Positions 9,676 to 17,834 of a stretch of DNA of 55,202 nucleotides are shown one piece after another. The stretch is from a bacterium (lineage in GTDB: Bacteria; Patescibacteriota; Minisyncoccia; Minisyncoccales; GCA-002788555). A program made the position numbers and the translations under genes. Under the pieces are notes generated by a model. The model was not told where the DNA came from, searched no databases, and saw only the letters and a list, made by a program, of their open reading frames with translations. The stretch is taken from positions 1 through 55,202 of the forward strand of contig JAGGUF010000072.1 in NCBI GenBank assembly GCA_021158595.1, read 5' to 3'. How positions within the stretch are numbered: the stretch's first letter is position 1; each line of letters opens with the position of its first letter.

Positions 9676-9983
9676 TGTACAGTTTCACCACATTGTTTAC
9701 AATACTTTTTACAATAATAAGGAATTTCCTCCCCTTCCTTAATCCTCCCCCTCCCTCTGGGAGGAGGAAGAAATTGAGGAGATCCTCCTTAATCCTCCCC
9801 CTCCCTTTGGGAGCGGCGAGGATATAGATGGGTTTCCTTTCAAATCCTCCCCCTCCCTTTGGGAGGGGGAGGAGATAGGTGGGGGAGGGAAAAATAAAAA
9901 TAAATATAGGAAAAGGCAAAAGTCAAATACAAAGATTAAAGAGAAATTTGTCCTAATTGTGAACAACGTGGTGAAACTTTACA
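9676..9983. mobile_element. MITE-like non-coding element: 28-bp terminal inverted repeats enclosing three tandem hairpin cores
   Basis: Left end TGTACAGTTTCACCACATTGTTTACAAT (9676-9703). Reverse complement of the right end is TGTAAAGTTTCACCACGTTGTTCACAAT (9956-9983); 25/28 identical. The interior holds three core units (9738-9898). No ORF with coding character. Confidence 0.7.
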
Positions 9984-9986
9984 AAT

Positions 9987-10385
9987 ATGGTTCAATACGA
10001 ATTATCTTTTCTCATTCCCAATTTACAGGAAAAAGAAAGAGAGAAGATCTTAAAAGAAATAGAAGAGAAGATTAAAAGTCTCCAAGGAAAACTTGAAGAA
10101 AGTTTTATTGAAAAGAAAATCTTTGCTTATCCAGTAAAAAAGTACCAAGAAGGATTCTTAGGAGTTTTTGCCTTCTCGCTTGAAAGCGATAGAATAAAAG
10201 AATTTCAGAATTTTTTAAGATCAAACCAAAAGATCTTAAGAGAAATCATAGAAAGAAAGAAGCCCTCACCCTTGCTGAAACGAGTCGCTAAAGAAAAAAA
10301 GGTGGTTCTTGCCAAAAAACCTGTTAAAAAACAGAAGGTGAAAATAGAAAAATTGGATGAAAAATTAAAAGAAATTTTAAGGTAA
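9987..10385 (+). CDS. rpsF: 30S ribosomal protein S6
   Basis: YELSFLIPN start; rpsF-ssb-rpsR gene order. Confidence 0.85.
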   Translation: MVQYELSFLIPNLQEKEREKILKEIEEKIKSLQGKLEESFIEKKIFAYPVKKYQEGFLGVFAFSLESDRIKEFQNFLRSNQKILREIIERKKPSPLLKRVAKEKKVVLAKKPVKKQKVKIEKLDEKLKEILR

Positions 10386-10390
10386 AAAAT

Positions 10391-10855
10391 ATGTATCTAA
10401 ATAAGATATTCATTTTAGGACATCTTACTCAGGATCCCCAAATAAGAAACCTACCATCCGGACAACTGGTAGCCAGTTTTGGGGTGGCTACTAATCGATT
10501 CTTTTATGATAAAAACAGACAGAAACAAAAACAGACCGAATTCCATAATATTGTTGCCTTCAACAGATGGGCTGAAATTGCTCAGCAATATTTAAGACAG
10601 GGTTCGATGGTTTTAATCGAAGGAAGGCTGCAAACCAGAAACTGGGAAGATAAAAATGGGGTCAAAAGATTTCGAACAGAAATTATTGTAGAAAACCTTC
10701 AACTTGGACCCAAGGCTCCGGTCTCTGTTCAAGAAGAAAAAGAAAACAAAGAAAAGACCAGTTTTCCTTCTTCAGAAAAAGAAAAAAAAGATGAGAAAGA
10801 AGAAATTCCTACTATTGAAGAAGAAGAAATAAATGTAAAAGATCTACCATTGTAG
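10391..10855 (+). CDS. ssb: Single-stranded DNA-binding protein
   Basis: OB-fold block LNKIFILGHLTQDPQIRNLPSG...FHNIVAF...LIEGRLQTRNWEDKNG and an acidic C-terminal tail. Confidence 0.9.
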   Translation: MYLNKIFILGHLTQDPQIRNLPSGQLVASFGVATNRFFYDKNRQKQKQTEFHNIVAFNRWAEIAQQYLRQGSMVLIEGRLQTRNWEDKNGVKRFRTEIIVENLQLGPKAPVSVQEEKENKEKTSFPSSEKEKKDEKEEIPTIEEEEINVKDLPL

Positions 10856-10864
10856 AAGAAGATT

Positions 10865-11056
10865 ATGTGTTATTTTTGCCAGCGGAACATCAAACAGATT
10901 GATTGGAGAAATGCAAAACTTCTCTCACGCTATCTTTCAGCCTCTGGGAAGATTAAACCCAGAAAAAAAACTGGGGTTTGTGCTAAACATCAACGGCAAT
11001 TAAAAAAAGCCATCAAAAAAGCACGAGAGATGGCTCTTTTACCTTATACAATGTAA
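10865..11056 (+). CDS. rpsR: 30S ribosomal protein S18
   Basis: CYFC...IDWRNAKLLSRYLSASGKIKPRKKTGVCAKHQRQLKKAIKKAREMALLPY. Confidence 0.9.
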   Translation: MCYFCQRNIKQIDWRNAKLLSRYLSASGKIKPRKKTGVCAKHQRQLKKAIKKAREMALLPYTM

Positions 11057-11067
11057 ATTAAAATAAA

Positions 11068-11979
11068 CTAATACTTATTAAGATACCTTTGGGTAGCGAA
11101 AAAACTGGAGATTAAACCGAGTAAAATTCCACCTCCCAACTGAATCAAAAGGAGCATTAGAACATTCTCCTCAAAGAAATTTCCTAATCCCAACTCTCCA
11201 AAAATCCCTAAATTGCCAGGAGAAAGGGCATTATCAATACCATAAAATAATAGAAAAGAAAGGATCCCAGCAAAAAGTCCAACCAAAATCCCTTGAATTA
11301 GAAAAGGACCTCGGACAAACCAGTTAGTGGCTCCAATCAACTTCATAATTGCAATCTCCTTTCTTCTAGAATAAATTGCCAATCTTATTGTATTAAAAGT
11401 AACTACAAAAGCAATAAAAATAAGAATGGAACTTATAATCAATCCGCCTGTCTTTATATTATCTGAGATTGAGAAAAGACGGTTAATAATTAACTGGTTT
11501 TGTCTATAATTTACCTTCTCAATGAAGTCCTTGTACTCTCCCTTTTCTAAGAAATTGGCTAATTTCTCATAAGCAGAGGAACTATCTGCTCTAATATTTA
11601 AAGAGGCTGGCAATGGATTTTTCCCTATCAGTTGTAGACTCTCAATTATTGAAGGATTATCTTTATGGGCCTTTTTAAAATTCTCAAGTGCCTCTTCTTT
11701 TGAGATGTACTCTACCTCTTTCACTTCTGGAAAATTTTCTATCTTCTTTTTAATCTTGGATATATCTTCTTCCTCTACATTCTCTTTAAAATATACACTT
11801 ATATCAGCCTTTTCTTGAAGGGTAGCCACTAAATTCTCACTCAATTTTTGTAAAACCAAGGTTCCCCCCACTAAGGTGAGAGCGATAAACATAATAAAAA
11901 TAGTGCCCAGGGAAACACCAATATTCCTTGATATCTCCTGCCATCCAAATTTAAAAACTCGAAAAAAATTAACAAACAT
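11068..11979 (-). CDS. ftsX: Cell division permease FtsX
   Basis: 303 aa with the topology TM - large periplasmic loop - 3 TM. Lies immediately downstream of ftsE. Confidence 0.8.
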   Translation of the reverse strand: MFVNFFRVFKFGWQEISRNIGVSLGTIFIMFIALTLVGGTLVLQKLSENLVATLQEKADISVYFKENVEEEDISKIKKKIENFPEVKEVEYISKEEALENFKKAHKDNPSIIESLQLIGKNPLPASLNIRADSSSAYEKLANFLEKGEYKDFIEKVNYRQNQLIINRLFSISDNIKTGGLIISSILIFIAFVVTFNTIRLAIYSRRKEIAIMKLIGATNWFVRGPFLIQGILVGLFAGILSFLLFYGIDNALSPGNLGIFGELGLGNFFEENVLMLLLIQLGGGILLGLISSFFATQRYLNKY

Positions 11980-11984
11980 AGATT

Positions 11985-12665
11985 TTATAAATAGTATCTC
12001 CCTTCCTTATCATCTCTTATTATCCTCCCCCTTTCTAAAACTACTACCCTCTTTCTAATTGTATTTACTATATCTCGATTATGGGTGGCTAAAACCACTG
12101 CTGTTCCTAACTGATTGATTTTTAAAAACAATTTTACTATCTCTTTTGTAGTAAAGATATCAAGATTTCCTGTAGGCTCATCAGCAAGTAGAACCTTTGG
12201 CTGACCCACAATTGCTCTTGCCAAAGCCACCCTTTGCTGTTCTCCTCCTGAGAGTTGATCAGGAAAGTTATTTGCCTTATCTGAAATTCCTACCAACTCC
12301 AAAGCCTGAGCCACAATTCTTCTGATTTCATTATCACTCTTTCCCAAAACCTCAAGGGCAAAGGCTACATTCTCATAAACTGTTTTTTGATCAAGAAGTT
12401 TATAATCCTGATAAACCATTCCAATCTTTCTCCGATGATATGGAAGGTAACTGGGACTCATTTTGCCCACATTAAGATTTTCAAAAAAAATATTTCCCTT
12501 GGTAGGTTTTTCATATCCCAAAATGAGACGGAGAAGGGTTGATTTTCCTGCTCCGGACCTTCCCAGAATAGATACAAACTCTCCTGAAGAGATTCCTAAA
12601 CTTATATCTGATAAGGCGATACAGTTTTTCGGATAAACCTTTGTCACATTATCGAAATAAATCAT
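11985..12665 (-). CDS. ftsE: Cell division ATP-binding protein FtsE
   Basis: Walker A GRSGAGKST, ABC signature LSGGEQQR, Walker B LLADEPT. Start moved to MIYFDNVTKVY (12665), which aligns with the usual FtsE N-terminus; the track ORF extends to 12689. Confidence 0.85.
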   Translation of the reverse strand: MIYFDNVTKVYPKNCIALSDISLGISSGEFVSILGRSGAGKSTLLRLILGYEKPTKGNIFFENLNVGKMSPSYLPYHRRKIGMVYQDYKLLDQKTVYENVAFALEVLGKSDNEIRRIVAQALELVGISDKANNFPDQLSGGEQQRVALARAIVGQPKVLLADEPTGNLDIFTTKEIVKLFLKINQLGTAVVLATHNRDIVNTIRKRVVVLERGRIIRDDKEGRYYL

Positions 12666-12696
12666 ATTGAGTTTTAATAAGAAATGCACTAATTCC

Positions 12697-13416
12697 CTAT
12701 TTTACAAATCTGTCCAGATCGCCCTCCAAAACCTTTTCCAAATTGGAGGTTTTAATATTTCTTCTATGATCTCTTACCATTTGATAGGGATGAAAAATAT
12801 AGGATCTGATCTGATTACCCCATTCAGCAATAGGAATAGTTCCCAGTTGGCTTTTAATCTTTTTTTCCTTCTCTTGCTGTTGTCTCTGAAGAAGTTTTGC
12901 CTGAAGAATTCTAAGAGCCTTTTTCTTATTCTCACCCTGAAGTCTTTCTGATTGACAAGAAACAGTAATACCCGTAGGAAGATGGGTAAGGCGAACCTTA
13001 CTCTCTCGACGATTAACATACTGACCTCCGGGACCTGAGGCTCTTAGGGTTTCAATTTTTAAATCTTCTTCTTTTATTTTCACCTTATCCTCTTTTATAT
13101 CTGGCAAAACCTCTACCAAGGCAAAACTGGTATGTCTCAGTCTTTTGGCTGAAAATGGTGAAATTCGAACCAATCTATGAACTCCATTCTCTCCTTTTAA
13201 AAGGCCGAATGCTCCCTTTCCCTTCACCTCCATTGTTATTGACTTTATTCCTCCCTCGCCATTGACCCTTGAAATCTCTTTTACCTTAAAATTCTTCTTT
13301 TGAAAGTATCTTTTATACATCCGCAGAAGGATTGACACCCAGTCCTCAGCATCCTTTCCTCCAGTACCAGCATAAATTGAGAAAATGGCATTTCCTTCAT
13401 CGTACTCACTTTTCAT
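12697..13416 (-). CDS. prfB: Peptide chain release factor 2 lacking the N-terminal domain 1
   Basis: SPF tripeptide (RISPFSAKRLRHTSF) and GGQ (RASGPGGQYVNRRES). MKSEYDEGNAIFSIYAGTGGKDAEDW aligns with E. coli RF2 from about residue 117. The ORF residues upstream of this Met overlap the tRNA-Thr gene. Confidence 0.8.
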   Translation of the reverse strand: MKSEYDEGNAIFSIYAGTGGKDAEDWVSILLRMYKRYFQKKNFKVKEISRVNGEGGIKSITMEVKGKGAFGLLKGENGVHRLVRISPFSAKRLRHTSFALVEVLPDIKEDKVKIKEEDLKIETLRASGPGGQYVNRRESKVRLTHLPTGITVSCQSERLQGENKKKALRILQAKLLQRQQQEKEKKIKSQLGTIPIAEWGNQIRSYIFHPYQMVRDHRRNIKTSNLEKVLEGDLDRFVK

Positions 13417-13458
13417 ACTTCTTCTTTTTATCAAAAAAAATAAGGTTTTGCAACCAGA

Positions 13459-13530
13459 AGCCGAGGAGAGGACTCGAACCTCCAACCTACGGTTTACGAT
13501 ACCGCTGCTCTACCATTGAGCTACCTCGGC
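13459..13530 (-). tRNA. tRNA-Thr (anticodon CGU)
   Basis: Minus-strand cloverleaf: acceptor GCCGAGG/CCTCGGC, D arm GCTC/GAGC, anticodon arm GCGGT-ATCGTAA-ACCGT, T arm GGAGG-TTCGAGT-CCTCT. Confidence 0.9.
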
Positions 13531-13538
13531 CTGAAACT

Positions 13539-14903
13539 CTATAATTGCACTTTCTGGCCATATTCTGGCACTTCTGCCTCTAATCCCAAATGATCTTTTA
13601 TCAATTGGGATAAACTTTCAGATGCCTTTTCTTCTCCCTGAACCACAAAAACTCTTTTCACCGTATGCTCATTTTTAATCAGGGCACTACTTTTTATATG
13701 ATAAAGCCAGCGGAAGAGAGCATTTCTGTCAGCATGAGCGGAATAACCCTCAATTGATTTTATCTGGGCTCGGACCGGTATCTTTTCTCCAAAGATTTCA
13801 ATTTCTTTTGCTCCATCCTGAATTTTTCTACCTCTTGTTCCTTCGGCTTGATAGGACACAAAAAGCAGACAATTTTTAGGATCAGGAAGATATCTCCTTT
13901 CATGATAAAGAATCCTTCCACTCGTAGACATTCCTGAGCCTGCAATAATAATTTTGGCTCCAGAAATAGCCTCTATTCTTTTTGACTGCTCAATTGTCTT
14001 TGTAAATACAAGTCGAGGAAACTCAAAAATTTCATCTCCAGATCTTAAGATATAAGAAGCCTCTTTGTTATAATACCTTTTATACTTCTTATAAATAGGA
14101 ATGGAGTCAATTGCCAAGGGACTATCAAGAAAAATGGAAACCTTAGGAATACGATGATTTTCTACTAACTCATTAAACTCATATAAAAGTTCCTGAGTTC
14201 TTTCTAAAGCAAAAGAAGGAATCATTAAAACCCCTCCTCTTCCTATTACCTCTTCTATTGTATCCTCAAGTAAATCTTTTCTTTTAAGAAGATCAGGATG
14301 GTTTCTATCACCATATGTAGACTCTATCAAGACATAATCCCCTGAAGAAGGAAATTCAGTCTGACGAAGTAAGGGAGTAGGCGAATTTCCAAGATCTCCA
14401 GAAAAAATAATTTTCTTTCCTTCAACAAAGACCTCTACAATGGCTGAGCCCAAAATATGCCCAGCATCAAGGAGTTTAAAAGATAAATCAGAGAAAACCA
14501 AGCGGTTAGGAATTTTTGTTCTCTTATGATACTCTACGGGTCTGAAAAGTCTAAAGGTTCTTTTCAGGTCTTTCCTTGAAAAAAGGGTTTCTTTTTGAAT
14601 GTTTAGTTCATCCTCAAGCATCAGTTTTGCTAAATCAAGGGTAGCCGGAGTAGCAAAAATGGGACCGGAAAATCCTTCTTTGACCAACCGGGGCAAACGA
14701 CCAATATGATCAATATGACTATGGGTGATTATTACAGCATCAATCTCCTTCGGATCATAAGGGAAAGGTTGAAAATTCTTCTTCACAATCTCTTCTTTTC
14801 CCTGAAAAAGACCACAATCAATTAAAATTTTATTGTTTGAGGTCTCTAAAAGATAGTTTGCCCCGGTAACAAATTTTGTTCCTCCAAAGAAAGATAAAAA
14901 CAT
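13539..14903 (-). CDS. MBL-fold beta-CASP nuclease (CPSF/Ysh1-like RNA-metabolising hydrolase)
   Basis: 454 aa; HxHxDH (ITHSHIDHIG), beta-CASP-length insert, C-terminal GYSAHAD motif. Confidence 0.75.
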   Translation of the reverse strand: MFLSFFGGTKFVTGANYLLETSNNKILIDCGLFQGKEEIVKKNFQPFPYDPKEIDAVIITHSHIDHIGRLPRLVKEGFSGPIFATPATLDLAKLMLEDELNIQKETLFSRKDLKRTFRLFRPVEYHKRTKIPNRLVFSDLSFKLLDAGHILGSAIVEVFVEGKKIIFSGDLGNSPTPLLRQTEFPSSGDYVLIESTYGDRNHPDLLKRKDLLEDTIEEVIGRGGVLMIPSFALERTQELLYEFNELVENHRIPKVSIFLDSPLAIDSIPIYKKYKRYYNKEASYILRSGDEIFEFPRLVFTKTIEQSKRIEAISGAKIIIAGSGMSTSGRILYHERRYLPDPKNCLLFVSYQAEGTRGRKIQDGAKEIEIFGEKIPVRAQIKSIEGYSAHADRNALFRWLYHIKSSALIKNEHTVKRVFVVQGEEKASESLSQLIKDHLGLEAEVPEYGQKVQL

Positions 14904-14910
14904 ATATTAA

Positions 14911-14938
14911 ATTTTACAAAACCCGCCCTGGGCGGGTT
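14911..14938 (-). terminator. Intrinsic terminator after rnpB
   Basis: Minus strand reads AACCCGCC-CAG-GGCGGGTT followed by TTTTGTAAAATTT. Starts 3 nt after the P1 3' strand of RNase P RNA. Confidence 0.6.
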
Positions 14939-14940
14939 AT

Positions 14941-15290
14941 GAGGGTAATTGTAAGCCGAATTCTGTCCCTCTTTGATAAAAGAGGTGGTAGTCATTTCTC
15001 TTGACCTGAAATTACTTTCAGGTTCAAGCCCTTGGATACCAGTTCCAAGGTTGCACCAAGCAGGGTTTACCACGAACTCTGATCTCTCAGAGCCGAGAGA
15101 GGTTTCACCTCTCACTTTTCACCTTTCTCTCGCTCCCATAGGAACGAGATAGTATAGTCTCTGTGGCACTTTCCCTACCCTCTCGGGTGGTGGGTGTTAC
15201 CCACTGCTTACTTCCGGGCTTATAGTCAGCCCGGGGTGTTCGGACTTTCCTCCCCCACCAATTAGGTGGAGGCGACTACCCATTACCCTC
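14941..15290 (-). ncRNA. rnpB: RNase P RNA, bacterial type A
   Basis: Minus strand starts GAGGGTAATGGGTAGTCGCC and contains GGAGGAAAGTCCGAAC (CR-I). It ends GACAGAATTCGGCTTACAATTACCCTC (CR-V, with the P1 3' strand pairing to the 5' end). Confidence 0.9.
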
Positions 15291-15298
15291 TTTCTATC

Positions 15299-16234
15299 TT
15301 ATTCATTTTTTAAATAAAAATCAAGTGTTTTTTGATACCTTTCTATAATCTTTTTTTCTGGAGAATCTGGATGAAGTTCAATCAATCTATCCTCTAAAAT
15401 CACTCTTCCATTTTTTACTCCATAAGGATAATTCTTCTCCTTTCTTCTTATTTGAATCTCCTTTAGTTTTTTCTCTACCCAGTCTCCAAACCTTCCAGAT
15501 AAAATTTTCTCTAAAAACTCTGCCAATCCTGACTTCTTTTCTATTCTAAATGGAGCCCTAAAACTCTTTCTCCAAAATAAAAGATACTTTCTCATCCAAT
15601 CCTGTTGTTCTCTAAATCTCTCAAAAACCCTTGATCGGTTAATTACTGGACGAAGATTTAGATAGGTATAAGCATTATAAATACTCGGAAAACGAATCTT
15701 TAAAGAATTCTCTGAAATATAATGATTCAAACATATCTTACCGGCTATTTTTTCAACTGTTCGTTTCTCCCCTATTATCTCAAGCAAAAAGGTTAAAAAA
15801 AATCTTACAGTAAAAATCCTGTAATCTCTGGTAACAATTAAAAGATCAATATCAGAGTTTTCATTTGAATTTGAAATAGCAAGAGAACCGGAAACAAAAA
15901 CTCCCTTTAAAAAAGGAGTGAGGTTTATAATCTTTAAGATCTTCTTTAACTTTTGCCAATTCTTTTTGGAAATCCTTTTCCTTCTTTCTCTTTCTCTGAC
16001 CAAGTCTTCTTTTCCTTTAAGAAAGTAAAATCCTCTCTTATTTTCGATAATTTTTTTAAAAAGAAGGTCTCTTAGACTCTTCTTAACCTCTCTTTCAAGA
16101 AACCTTATATCACCAGTATTTTCTAAACCTGTGATCTTCGGAAGATGATATAAAATTTCTTTTTCTTTTAATGGATAAGAAAAGAGATCAAAATAGACAA
16201 TTGTCTTTAAAATACCTTTTTCTATCTCATTCAT
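15299..16234 (-). CDS. Nucleotidyltransferase-domain protein (Pol-beta superfamily)
   Basis: GSLAISNSNENSDIDLLIV minimal NTase motif; 311 aa. ATGA overlap with the upstream ORF. Confidence 0.6.
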   Translation of the reverse strand: MNEIEKGILKTIVYFDLFSYPLKEKEILYHLPKITGLENTGDIRFLEREVKKSLRDLLFKKIIENKRGFYFLKGKEDLVRERERRKRISKKNWQKLKKILKIINLTPFLKGVFVSGSLAISNSNENSDIDLLIVTRDYRIFTVRFFLTFLLEIIGEKRTVEKIAGKICLNHYISENSLKIRFPSIYNAYTYLNLRPVINRSRVFERFREQQDWMRKYLLFWRKSFRAPFRIEKKSGLAEFLEKILSGRFGDWVEKKLKEIQIRRKEKNYPYGVKNGRVILEDRLIELHPDSPEKKIIERYQKTLDFYLKNE

Positions 16235-17802
16235 TGATAGATAATCTTGACAAAAATCCTGTCTTCCCTCTCTGGAATCTTACTTACCCAAAATGGCCAG
16301 AGTTTTAGGGTAGCATTCTCTATTTTCTCTTTCATATTTTCATCAACATATTTTTGAAAATCTTCACCCCTCATTCCTTTTATTGCCTTCTTGATCTGTT
16401 CACTTGTTATCTTCCAAGCCACCTTCTCCTTTCCTTCAAACTCAATTTCCATTATTCCGCTTTCAATATCATTTTTTAAAATTTTGTATTTAACCTGCTG
16501 AGTAGAAACCACCTCCTCAACCTCTATATTCTTTTTTATCTTACTTAAGAGAACATCGGCAATAATTTTCTGAAAGTCTTCCTCACTAAAACCTAAAAAT
16601 TTTGCAATGATTCTTTCTCTTCCCTTAAAAACCTGAGCGATATCTCCTGGATTTTTATCAAAGGTAATTTCCTCGTCAATTGAAATTCCATCCGCTAAGG
16701 ATTGAAAATTAGGAGAGACCTCTTTTAAGATCTCTTGCTTTGCCTGAGAAATCAGATCTTGTTTTAACTTCAGCAATTCTTCCTTTGCTCTATTGATATC
16801 TGCCTGAGTGACTACAGTGGCTGTGCCAATAAATCCACCTTTCATCTTTTCAGTGGATTTGGCATATATCTTATCGTAAAGACCAGTTCCCTTAAGCCCT
16901 GGAAGAGTAAAGCGACTAGGTCCAATATTATATTCCTCGCCAGCCTCAGTTGCCTCTACCTCAATTTCTACTGTGCCTGGATTTTCTTTACTACCTGCAG
17001 GAATGGATATCCAATCAGAACCTGCCGGTTGGCGAAAGACCTTTCCATCCTCGGTTTCAAAACGGGTATGAGGAAGAAATCTGTAGGGGCTTGATGTTTC
17101 GTTATAGATTGTAATCTTTCCCCTGGCTTTATCTACCCTCTTCTCCTTTCCTGTAGCCTTAAAGGTTCTCTCAATCTGTTTTGTTTTTTCTAACACTGTT
17201 CCTGGAAGAACCCTTCCCTTAACATCAAGATTAGCATCCTTTTCTACCTTAAATCTTCCAGAGAATTCTATCTCTTGACCTGCAGGAATAATAGTAACCT
17301 CTGCCTTCGGAAGCCAGAGCAGAGAAAATGCCACCCCTCCTGCTATACCTATAAAAACCAAACTGTAAATTACCAAAGAAAGGATTCTTTTTTTCTTAAC
17401 AGAGGTTTCTTGTTTGATGGCCTTTTCTTTTCCCTCTTGTTTTTTATTAACAGATAGAGTCAATGGACTCTCTTCTGTTTTTGGTAAGACATCTCTTATC
17501 CGGGGACGAAAACTTAACTCTCCTTTGGTAGAAAAAGTGCCTCCAATCAAAGAATCTTCTACCTCAATTCCGCAGTCTTCAGCCAATCTTCTATAATAGG
17601 AATCTGTTGAAAATATACTTAACTTCTTTCCTAAATCCTGAGCCTGCTTTTTTAAAATAGTAAGAGCCTTAATATTCCTAAGGTTCTTGTTTTCTTCAGG
17701 CAAAACCAAAATTACCTTTTCTCTTTTGGTCTTCTTTATCTTCTCTCTTACCTTTTCCAAGTCATCTGGGGGATCAATGTAGAAAATTTGAGGGTAGTCC
17801 AT
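16231..17802 (-). CDS. Hypothetical protein, single mid-protein TM helix
   Basis: 523 aa with coding-like composition and operon packing. No motif identified with confidence. Confidence 0.5.
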   Translation of the reverse strand: MDYPQIFYIDPPDDLEKVREKIKKTKREKVILVLPEENKNLRNIKALTILKKQAQDLGKKLSIFSTDSYYRRLAEDCGIEVEDSLIGGTFSTKGELSFRPRIRDVLPKTEESPLTLSVNKKQEGKEKAIKQETSVKKKRILSLVIYSLVFIGIAGGVAFSLLWLPKAEVTIIPAGQEIEFSGRFKVEKDANLDVKGRVLPGTVLEKTKQIERTFKATGKEKRVDKARGKITIYNETSSPYRFLPHTRFETEDGKVFRQPAGSDWISIPAGSKENPGTVEIEVEATEAGEEYNIGPSRFTLPGLKGTGLYDKIYAKSTEKMKGGFIGTATVVTQADINRAKEELLKLKQDLISQAKQEILKEVSPNFQSLADGISIDEEITFDKNPGDIAQVFKGRERIIAKFLGFSEEDFQKIIADVLLSKIKKNIEVEEVVSTQQVKYKILKNDIESGIMEIEFEGKEKVAWKITSEQIKKAIKGMRGEDFQKYVDENMKEKIENATLKLWPFWVSKIPEREDRIFVKIIYQ

Positions 17803-17834
17803 AACTTACTATTTTAACAAATTTTTTATTACTT

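Noticed and set aside
9720-9900. Possible CRISPR array: three copies of AATCCTCCCCCTCCCT(C/T)TGGGAG at ~46-53 nt spacing.
   Set aside because: The intervening segments are only ~20 nt. They are themselves the purine arms of the same palindromes. The same unit is scattered singly at ten other loci, no cas genes are present, and the block is bounded by terminal inverted repeats. It is a tandem hairpin repeat, not repeat-spacer architecture.
9626-9966. Track ORFs 9626-9919 and 9739-9966 (minus), and similarly 38292-38510 and 38404-38757 (plus).
   Set aside because: Their translations (PLPKGGGGFER, PSQREGEDL, PPSRGRGRIKEG) are read-throughs of the Y/R hairpin repeats. The same peptide-like strings appear wherever the repeat occurs, in either frame and orientation. 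The 38404 ORF is also antisense to a well-supported acylphosphatase gene.
13417-13485. N-terminal extension of the RF2 ORF (MEVRVLSSASGCKTLFFLIKRRS), or a programmed +1 frameshift as in canonical prfB.
   Set aside because: The extension overlaps tRNA-Thr and has no RF2 similarity. There is no upstream short frame or CTT-TGA-type shift site, and no space for one before the next gene.
14846-15115. 89-aa minus-strand ORF upstream of the beta-CASP gene.
   Set aside because: It lies inside the RNase P RNA gene, where the conserved CR-I and CR-V blocks and P1 pairing were identified.
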